Origin: Octopus sinensis
Taxonomy: Eukaryota
Reading direction: 5' to 3'
DNA: 10,928 nt
Assembly (NCBI RefSeq): GCF_006345805.1
Contig: NW_021827242.1
Location: 1-10,928 of the forward strand
The position numbers and the translations under genes were made by a program. The notes beneath the pieces are model-generated. The model was given only the letters and a program-made list of their open reading frames with translations. It was not told the origin of the DNA and made no database searches. This document shows, piece by piece, positions 1 through 7,753 of this stretch. How positions within the stretch are numbered: position 1 is the stretch's first letter; every line of letters starts with the position of its first letter.

Positions 1-89
1 AAGAAATAAGTCCTGGGATCGATTTGCTCCCACTAAGAGGCGGTAGCAAGCATGGCCGCAATCAAATGACTGAAACAAGTAAAAGAGTA
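1..89 (+). mobile_element. 3' end of a tRNA-derived SINE, cut by the window edge; same family as 8043-8409
   Basis: Its reverse complement (ctcttttacttgtttcagtcatttgattgcggccatgc...ggacttatttctt) aligns by eye with 8043-8130 (ttctttacctgtttcagttatttaactgcggacatgc...ggacttatttctt). Confidence 0.75.
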
Positions 90-500
90 TACTTATACAT
101 GTAGTTGCTCTATGTATGTATGCATATATGTATGTATGGATGTATGCACGCATGTCTGTATGCATGTATGTCTGTATGTCTTCTCTTTCCCTTTTTAACT
201 TAGAGCAAATTTTGACCGGCCGTCTACTTGGTAGCAACGTTGTAAAGGAAAATTTCTTGTATTCATCCTTTAAATCTTAAGAAGGCCTTGCAGAATTTTA
301 TAGTCCCAGGTATTGTGATCATTTGTAGTGTAAGTATTAAGGATTTGCGTTCGCTATCAAAGAACCCAACCCGAACCATAACCCGAGTTCAGCCATTCTT
401 TGCTCCGGATGGATTGGCATGTATCCTGTTGCTCCACTAATAATGTATGAAGCTGAAAGTGTATCTTGGGTATTGGACTTGCAAACTCCTTATTCTTTTG

Positions 501-826
501 TATGTATGTATGTATGTATGTATGTATGTATGTATGTATGTATGTATGTATGTATGTATGTATGTATGTATTATGTATGTATGTATGTATGTATGTAAGT
601 ATTATGTATGTATGTATGTATGTATGTATGTAGTATGTATGTATGTATGTATGTATGTATTATGTATGTATTATGTATGTATTATGTATGTATGTATGTA
701 AATATTATGTATGTATGTATGTATGTATGTATTATGTATGTATTATGTATGTATTATGTATGTATGTATGTAAGTATTATGTATGTATGTATGTATGTAT
801 GTATGTATGTATGTATGTATGTATGC
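501..826. repeat. (TATG)n microsatellite with interruptions
   Basis: Directly visible. It generates the MYVC-repeat ORFs. A degenerate TATG tract also lies at ~104-178. Confidence 0.97.
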
Positions 827-1339
827 TCACTCTTCTTGGTTGGCGTTTTAGAGTACAATTTAAGTGGTCAACTGCTCCGTTTAAGACAAAGTTGTAAAGA
901 AAAGAATTTTAAAAAATTATTGCAGTTGGGTTTTTTTTCTTTTTGTCATCCATTACCTAGCCACTCACCAATAAAATATTTAAGATATACCGATTTTTAT
1001 TGTTCCAGACATCGTGATCAACTATAACATATAAATTCTTGCCACTCCGATTCTTCTAAGTTTCAGGTTGGGTGCTTAAATACAGTCATGTACTAATGTA
1101 TTTTCAGCAATACCGGTGACCCAAACTATCTTTTTGGGCGTATTCTTCTGCATCGTTGCCTCGAATATCTCGCGAGTTCACGCATAGTTGTTTCGCAACA
1201 GTTCAGCCTACAGTAACTGGCGAAACTCACTTACCCCTAAAAATGGGTGGCGTTTACCCAACAATGCATCTTCTACGAGATCACTATTTAAGCCGTGAAA
1301 GAGAACTTCCTACAACACGTAACCCTCAAATTATTTCGC

Positions 1340-3020
1340 CTTTTAAACTGCAGCCGATCCTTCTGGTCTTTTCCCAAAAGAATATGCACGAATATACAAT
1401 TCTCTTTGTTTTAACTTCACAAAAACAATGGTTCAGCGAGCAGTACTCCCAGGAGAAAACCGACATCTTCACTCTCTGCTTTGTAGTTAACTCTTACACT
1501 ACACACGCTTGGCGAATTTGCTGCAAACCTATCCCCTTCCGCTCTTCTAGGTTCCCTGCCTTGCTTACACACACATCAAATATGAAAGTAATACCTGTGC
1601 GAACTTCAAACCAATAAGGTCACTTGTCGGGACAATGTCCTTTCCTTTACCCTCAGAGACTTGGAAACAGCTTGTTTGTGCAAGTTCGGTTAATCGAAAA
1701 CTCCACATACTGGATGCCTGTAGGTTTCAAGGAACACCAGGAAAGTTTGCACACCCTATTTGGGGGACTTCCTCTCGACAGCTTTACAGAGCTGAAGTGA
1801 GCCCCCCACCCCGCCTACTGGATCGACTGATTAGTATTTGATCTTAAGTCCATTTCGGGGTCATAACATATACTTAGACGCCAGTAAGTACCCCTGGTCC
1901 CTTCAAACCAACAAGACCGCTGATCCATGCAATGTCCTTTTTATTACCTCAAACTGAATTAGCGCCTATTTTCACCAAATAGTTCAATTTTTCCTGCTCT
2001 GCAGGGATCTACCCCGATGCTTGTAAACATTCTATACTATGTCCCTTTCCCTTCAAAGACCACCCCGCTGGTCTTACCAAATATCGCCCTACTACATTCA
2101 CTTCTAATACCTTTAAAGTAATGGAGATAGACATTAACAACGACTCAGCTTCCAATCAGATGATATAACTGTAACATGTGTTAATGGAGCTCTTTCTCTT
2201 CTTCACTTCCTAAAACCTGGCGTATCCCAAGGTTCAGTTTTGTCTCCCATTTTCTTGCTTCTATTTATCAATTATTCATTTGCCGTCGTCACATCTGACA
2301 ACACCCGCTCTTAAAAATGTTTCTTAAGTATGTTTCGTTCTTCCATAACTCGCCTTAATCATGCATTATTTATACACAACCTAGATATCACAAGCCAACT
2401 TCGCACCGATTCCACAAACAGAGATCTGGAAAGTATCCCCCAATGAAACTGTGCCGATTTTGTCTCTTTTAACAAGAAAATACGAATCCTACTCATATCA
2501 AGCAAACTTCATCGCACCACACCACTCTTGAACGAGTAGCACACAACAACTAGAATCTTCACAATCGCTACAAGTGCCGCACCTCAGTATCACCGAGGAT
2601 CTCTCCTGTGAGAAACACATCTTTAACATAGCTAGATTTACAACTTGACAATTGACGCCTCTCTTCAGGGCCAGGAGAAACTTCATCTCCCAACAACAAT
2701 TGACATTCTATAAAGCTCAGATGAGGCCTGCAATTGAGCGTTGCATCTGAATCTGAGACGCTGCAGCTGCTGCACATGAGTTGCAAAAATTCACTCAGAT
2801 AATTTTCTGGTTTGATCCACAGACGTGCTGTCTCCACGCTCCCTCTTTTCCTTTTCTGTTCCTACTATAATGGTCTCTCTTCTTCATGCTGTCTCAACTC
2901 AGGCGTTACCGATCCACTCATCACAGTTTGACCCTAATCATGCAGACCTATAGGCCAAGTCGTTCCATCCACGACTATCATACATAGTTTATCATGGACT
3001 ATCTAATGTATCCTGCCGGG
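1340..3020 (+). pseudogene. Decayed non-LTR retrotransposon ORF2 (reverse transcriptase and flanking regions), CR1/L2 group, with stops, frameshifts and deletions
   Basis: Manual translation gives collinear motifs: RSFWSFPKRI (~1354); EKTDIFTLCFVVNS (~1453); ELAPIFTK*FNFSCSAGIYPDACKHSILCPFPFKDHPAGLTKYRPTTFTSNTFKVME (1956-2126, like NYRPISLTS..KVME); VNGALSLLHFLKPGVSQGSVLSPIFLLLFIN (2180-2272, like GVPQGSVLSP); DLESIPQ*NCADFVSFN (2423-); SITEDLSCEKHIFNIA...LFRARR...LTFYKAQMRPAIE (2586-2738); HRRAVSTLPLFLFCSYYNG (2818-2874). Boundaries are approximate. Confidence 0.88.
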
Positions 3021-3424
3021 TTTTTTCAATGATTTTTTATGATTTTTATAATTTGACGGAGATTTGTCTGCTGTTTCTAGCAGAAGGAGCAACCATGAAA
3101 AGACTCGCCTATTGACACAGTAAAGTACAGAGACATGATCGAATTCATAAAAGACTTCTGTAGATTTATTGCTTCATCCGTTATGCGCCCGCCCGCACAC
3201 ACACACACACACACGTGGTTTTTTTTATTGAATTGTTAGAAATAGTTGCAAGATCTGAAAAAGCACTTAAACTCTTGCGTTTTATTCAAGTTTGATCGCA
3301 TCCAATCAAGGAAGACTTGACTTGTAGGCCATGACTGATCTGAGGCTAAACTACATACATGCATACAAACAAGTCACATTCAAGAAGTTACGGTTTTTGA
3401 AAAGGCGCATAAATAATAAAACAT

Positions 3425-3490
3425 GTATATATATATATATATTATATATATATATATATATATAATATATATATATATTATAATATATAG
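3425..3490. repeat. (TA)n microsatellite
   Basis: Directly visible. Confidence 0.95.
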
Positions 3491-3656
3491 ATAAGAAAGT
3501 TGGTTTAATGAAGCACGTGGGTGAATATATATAAAAAGTAAGAGTGAAAAAACTACAGAAGGCTTAAATGTTAAAAATATATATATATTTGCGTCCTGAA
3601 GAATATTAGAAAATTAAAAAAAATTTTTTTTTTTTCCCCTATATGACATAATTTAA

Positions 3657-3696
3657 AAGAAAGACCGGTTTCGCGTGTAGCTTTTCAAATTTTCTT
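3657..3696 (-). ncRNA. Minimal type I hammerhead-ribozyme-like motif of the PLE style, with a variant core
   Basis: Minus strand reads AAGAAA au UUGAAAA GC UACAC GC GAAAC CG GUC UUUCUU. It has the GAAAC..GUC core half, a palindromic ACCGGU stem III and AAGAAA/UUUCUU complementarity. Stem II is only 2 bp and stem I is offset by 2 nt. Confidence 0.4.
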
Positions 3697-3706
3697 GCGA
3701 CGTTAT

Positions 3707-3709
<3 letters not shown>

Positions 3710-3753
<44 letters not shown>

Positions 3754-3820
3754 ATATATATATACATGTAACTGTATATGTATATAGGTGTGTGTGTGTG
3801 TGTGGTCTGTGTGTGTGGTT
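3710..3820. repeat. Compound (TA)n/(TG)n microsatellite
   Basis: Directly visible. Confidence 0.93.
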
Positions 3821-4084
3821 GGGCGGATGAGATCCGTCCGAACGAATGAGCTATCAGCAAACTAGAATAATTGGCTATGAAAGAAACACTGTTTCTTACG
3901 TTATTTCATTGCTGATGCTTTATTAACGTATACAGTGAGCGCTTTTCGAAAATCATGTATGCAAAACAATTTTCTTGTTAATACGCCGCTTGCCGGTTGC
4001 ATACACACATACAACGCATGTACACACATGGGCACGCACTCGCTAACAACATACACACATATAAACATGCATTGTAAACGTGTA

Positions 4085-4101
4085 TACATACATACATAAA
4101 T

Positions 4102-4171
<70 letters not shown>

Positions 4172-4226
4172 TATATATATATATATTATATATATATATA
4201 TCTAATATATATATATATATATATAT
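4085..4226. repeat. Compound (CA)n/(TA)n microsatellite
   Basis: Directly visible. Confidence 0.93.
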
Positions 4227-4344
4227 GCATACTTCCAACCGACACTGTTTAAACTGCTTCAACAATAAATCTTTGTCAGTTTTGATACCGACTATCTTCT
4301 ATTTTATTACAAGAGCGAAAAATATAAATATTGTTTCCTGCATA

Positions 4345-4390
4345 GATATATGCATACATAATACATACATACATACTATATATATACATA

Positions 4391-4422
<32 letters not shown>

Positions 4423-4486
4423 TGTGTGTGTGTGTTTGGTGTGTGCGCGTGTGTATGTATGTATATATGTATATATATATATAGAT

Positions 4487-4536
<50 letters not shown>
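4345..4536. repeat. Compound (TA)n/(TG)n/(TA)n microsatellite
   Basis: Directly visible. Confidence 0.93.
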
Positions 4537-4540
<4 letters not shown>

Positions 4541-4579
4541 GAAGGGAGGTGACTGGGCTTGATTTGTTTAGAACTGTGC

Positions 4580-4585
<6 letters not shown>

Positions 4586-4641
<56 letters not shown>

Positions 4642-4810
4642 CCGTCGCCGCTGCTTCTGCTGGTGGTAGTAGTGGTGGGTAGTGGTGGTGGAAGTGGAGG
4701 TGGCAGCAGCTGTGACGGGGATGATGATGATGATGATGATGACGATGACGACGATGACGATGTTGACTATAATAATGATGATGACGACGGCGGCGACCAC
4801 GATGACGGCG
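4586..4810. repeat. Compound trinucleotide array (ATG)n/(GTG,GTA)n/(GAC,GAT)n
   Basis: Directly visible. It produces the poly-M, poly-D and poly-H pseudo-ORFs. Confidence 0.92.
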
Positions 4811-4834
4811 ATAGGCTGGCTGACGGTTTTAGGA

Positions 4835-5046
4835 ATGATTTTCAATTTTTTCCACAAGGGCAGCTTGGGGGTGGAGATTAAGCTGATTACATCGACACAA
4901 GGGCGTAACTGGTACTTATTTTATCGACCCCGAAAGTTGAAAGGCAAATTCGACCTCGGCGGAATTTGAAGTCAGAACTTAGCGGCGGACGAAATACCGC
5001 AAAGCATTTCGCCTAGTGCGCCAACGATTCTGCCAGCTTGCCGCTT
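4835..5046 (-). mobile_element. tRNA-derived SINE (resembles octopus OR-type families)
   Basis: Minus strand: aagcggcaagcTGGCAGAATCGTTgg (A-box-like) ... gaCTTCAAATTCC (B-box-like, G to C mutated). 4885-5046 aligns with 9745-9908 of the second copy. The family name is from memory. Confidence 0.85.
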
Positions 5047-5179
5047 TACCGACGGTTTTAATAATGATCATTCATTTGTGTGATCAACCGAACTGCACAC
5101 TTGTTAAATTAACGTGTAACAGTTGCGTGTTCCACAGTCATGTGCACCCTTAACGCATTGTTCTCCTTCAAGAATGCTG

Positions 5180-5469
5180 CATTACACGTACAGTTGCTAA
5201 TACACTTTGTGTATGCTGCAACCAAGGGCGGTCTGTTTCGTAATACAAAGACGAGTGAATGTATAACGATCAATGAAGGTGAAAACCTCCAGCCAATGCT
5301 GGCATACAACTTAAGTAGGTCAGTAACTCTACATTGAGTCTTGTGTTGTTGAGAGAAAGAAGACTTCATGCCAAGCAAGGATCAAACCTGGAGTGCCTGT
5401 AATAATCTTTAAAAGATCTAGCAGTCAAGTATTTTAAAATCAACAAAGTAGTCCTTCTTTCTGGTTTGC
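5180..5469 (+). pseudogene. RTE-clade LINE ORF2 remnant, part 1 (late RT domains)
   Basis: Frame +1: VQLLIHFVYAATKGGLFRNTKTSECI...EKEDFMPSKDQTWSACNNL*KI*QSSILKSTK*SFFLVC, resembling the RTE pattern AxKVGLxxNxKKTE...EKDFxxRKxxAWSACNxLxKIWxS...FFRAC. Confidence 0.75.
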
Positions 5470-5652
5470 TTGATTGCTAAATTCATAAGTTTTTTTTTAT
5501 TCTCTCTTTGTTTATTTCTTCATATTCTTTTCTTTTGAAGAGCGTAGGCTCGAAACATAAAAGACTTTCTCACTTTCCCGAGCGTCAAACTAATACACTT
5601 GCTTGTTGTTCATACACCTGTCTTCGTCTTTTGTTTTTCTGTAAATTTCAAC
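5470..5652 (+). mobile_element. Solo 3' terminal fragment of a Penelope-like element (inverted partner of 7042-7223)
   Basis: By-eye alignment to the reverse complement of 7042-7223 gives 7 substitutions and 2 small indels in ~183 nt, with a perfect 92-nt block at 5535-5626. Confidence 0.85.
5528..5563 (+). ncRNA. Degenerate hammerhead-like motif in the PLE terminus (left copy, probably inactive)
   Basis: UUUU CUUUUGA A GAGC GUAG GCUC GAAAC AUA AAAG. Stem II has 4 perfect bp. The first core strand differs from CUGANGA at two positions. Confidence 0.45.

Positions 5653-5736
<84 letters not shown>
5653..5736 (+). repeat. (TAGA)n tail, about 21 units
   Basis: Perfect tetranucleotide array directly after ...aaatttcaac. 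Confidence 0.97.
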
Positions 5737-5929
5737 AGAGAGCCTTCATCTCAATGGAGCCGGAACCCGGACTATAAAGAAGGAACATCAAAATTGTCTT
5801 GATGGTACATACTGCACCAAACTTCTCATGAGGATTGAAAGCATCTCATAGCATGAGCATGAGACCAAAGAGGAAATCTATGGACATATGCCACCCATCT
5901 CTACTATTGTTGGCCATCATTTCCACATC
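5737..5929 (+). pseudogene. RTE-clade LINE ORF2 remnant, part 2 (continues 5180-5469)
   Basis: Frame +2: ESLHLNGAGTRTIKKEHQNCLDGTYCTKLLMRIESIS*HEHETKEEIYGHMPPISTIVG, resembling ESILLYGxETWT...LDGTYTRLLMRxxNISWxxHxTKEEIYGxLPPIS. Confidence 0.8.
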
Positions 5930-6014
5930 TAGGTCTAATAATATTTTCAATGAAGTGGCTATTACAAACGTTCTGTTTTATTTTTTTTTTATCGTTTCAT
6001 TTTCATTTTCGAAG

Positions 6015-6158
6015 ATTATGGTATTGATGTTGTTACTAATAATATCATCAATGACAACAGATCTCAACTATTTAACCGGTATTTCCAACTTATCTTCACC
6101 AATTGGTTAACTGTTCTTCGTTCATTACGAGAACGCTGTATCTCTGTATTAATGTTTG
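6015..6158 (+). CDS. Candidate internal coding exon (144 nt, phase 1-1) of an unidentified host gene
   Basis: Preceded by a long T-rich tract ending ttttcgaAG and followed by the consensus donor G|GTGAGT. Only one frame is open across it: xYGIDVVTNNIINDNRSQLFNRYFQLIFTNWLTVLRSLRERCISVLMF. The AAG acceptor is suboptimal and I do not recognise the peptide. Confidence 0.4.
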
Positions 6159-6925
6159 GTGAGTATTTTTGTAATTACTAACGCTTCCATTGCTAATATT
6201 CTAATTATTTGGTAGAATTTTACATAAAATGGTTGTATTGTCAACTAATGTTTATATATGCACATACACACACACACATCTCTGTATAAGTATGTTTACC
6301 TACACACATGAACATATATACATACACACACGCGCATATTTGTTATATTTGTTCCTTGTTGTGTCTAGTAATATGATGCTATGTTTCCTTATAAATGCGT
6401 CGTCAACCGACGAGAAAGAGTCTCGTGTGTACATCAGATAGAACAGTTTGAGTCAAGAAGTTCACAACTTTCATATGTACAGTGAAATTGTATATTACAT
6501 AGGCTATCAAAATTGCATGGTTTTCAGGTTTGTGGTTTCATTATTAATAAAGAACTTTTAATTCTGGGTTATTGCATTTTTAAAAAATATTCTCTAACTA
6601 TTAGTTTATCGTTAGGTGGAAAATATATGTTGCGATCCATTTTATGACTCTTTTAATGACATATTCGTCTATTCTATAGCAAAGATGCATTTGCTTCTTT
6701 AGTCTCATAACAGCCAATTCAGTTTGCCGAACGGTTTCATGTTAAGGATATGTGGAAAGTTAAATTAACAGTCATTAAACATAAAATATGGCAAGACGGA
6801 ACTATATTGCTAGGGTCCTTTCTTTACTGAAGATCTAACATTACATCTGATTTAAACTCTCAGAGATGTTAAAATATTGACTCATGTACAAGTGCCTATT
6901 ATTTCTGTTGTTTACTAGACATATT

Positions 6926-6992
6926 TCTATCTATCTATCAATCTATCTATCTATTTATCTATCTATGTATCCATCCATCCATCCATCCATCC

Positions 6993-7041
<49 letters not shown>
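6926..7041 (-). repeat. (TCTA)n/(TCCA)n array, i.e. the (TAGA)n tail of the minus-strand PLE
   Basis: Directly visible; abuts gttgaaattt at 7042. Confidence 0.95.
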
Positions 7042-7130
7042 GTTGAAATTTATAGAAAAGCAAAAGGCGAAGACAGGTGTATGAACAACAAGCAAGTGTA
7101 TTAGTTTGACGCTCGGGAAAGTGAGAAAGT

Positions 7131-7166
7131 CTTTTATGTTTCGAGCCTACGCTCTTCAACAGAAAG
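7131..7166 (-). ncRNA. Degenerate minimal hammerhead-like motif in the PLE terminus (right copy)
   Basis: Minus strand: CUUU CUGUUGA A GAGC GUAG GCUC GAAAC AUA AAAG. Stem I is CUUU/AAAG and stem II is GAGC/GCUC. It deviates at core A6 (U) and at the triplet (AUA instead of GUA). Confidence 0.55.
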
Positions 7167-7564
7167 GAATATGAAGAAATAAACAGAGAGAGAATTAAAA
7201 AAAACATGGATTTAGCAATCAATCATGGTGACTAGTTAGGAAAAAATAGTTTGACAGGAGAGCTAGGAGGAAGGGGAAACAATAAAGCACAGATTATCTC
7301 AAAACGAAGGTGCGCATGCGTGTGTGTATGTGAGAGTATGTAAATGTGTGTGTATGGATAGGGGCTAGTGACTTGGACGTATGGGTGTGTGTGTAAGTGT
7401 GTGCATCTGTATTGTGTGGGTGTGTGTTTAAGTGTATGCGTCTAATGTGTGGGTGTGTGGATGATGGTGTGTCGGTGTGCGGATGATGCTGTGGGGCGGG
7501 GGGCAGATAATGGTGTGTGGTGTAGGTGATGGGAAGCGGTCAGTGCTAGTATGTGGAGTGGTGT

Positions 7565-7665
7565 GGGGGTGGGGTGGGAATGTGAGGGTGGGTGTGGGGA
7601 CGTGAGGGTAGGTGTGGCGTGAGGATGGGGGAGTGGAGGTGTGGGGGCAGGGTGGGGTATATGGG
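7565..7665 (+). other. G-quadruplex-forming motifs within a G/T-rich tract
   Basis: 7565-7599 (G5-T-G4-T-G3-N7-G3-T-G3-TGT-G4) and 7643-7665 (G5-CA-G3-T-G4-TATAT-G3) fit the G3+N1-7 pattern. Confidence 0.6.
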
Positions 7666-7753
7666 AGTGGAATGTGTGGGAGTGGGGTGTTGACGGAGGG
7701 GGTATCAATGAAGAGAGAAGGTGGTTAGGAGTGAAGAGAGGAGAGGAGGGGAG

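Noticed and set aside
447-1027. ORFs with MYVC repeats
   Set aside because: Translation of (TATG)n. The non-repetitive tail (830-1027) might be LINE endonuclease debris, but the motifs are too weak to call.
1635-1841. 68-aa ORF that superficially resembles the post-RT region (WKQLVCASSVNRKL...HPIWGTSS)
   Set aside because: A much better post-RT match lies at 2550-2780, and the nucleotide match to 1901-1940 places this segment in RT domain 0-1.
2498-2837. Two minus-strand ORFs (62 and 89 aa)
   Set aside because: Antisense shadows of the decayed LINE ORF2.
3821-3897. Small hairpin GGGCGGAT-gag-ATCCGTCC (3821-3839) and near-palindrome AAGAAACA-c-TGTTTCTT (3881-3897)
   Set aside because: Short, no recognisable RNA motif, compatible with chance.
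4225-4969. 218-aa ORF with poly-M/poly-D and overlapping poly-H/poly-M ORFs
   Set aside because: Built from dinucleotide and trinucleotide arrays and ending in SINE sequence; no splice or domain support.
5070-5165. Segment reminiscent of another octopus interspersed repeat (ttaacgtg...cacccttaacg...gttctc)
   Set aside because: Resemblance is from memory only, with no second copy in the window; needs a repeat-library search.
6372-6485. Open stretch YDAMFPYKCVVNRRERVSCVHQIEQFESRSSQLSYVQ after a plausible acceptor (ctAG at 6368)
   Set aside because: In that frame the acceptor is followed directly by TAA, and the phase does not fit the 6015-6158 exon. Worth rechecking only if the assembly has a 1-nt error.
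6711-6830. Open stretch QPIQFAERFHVKDMWKVKLTVIKHKIWQDGTILLGSFLY
   Set aside because: No convincing splice donor and no recognisable homology.
7442-7708. His/Pro/Thr-rich minus-strand ORF
   Set aside because: Product of the C/A-rich low-complexity tract.
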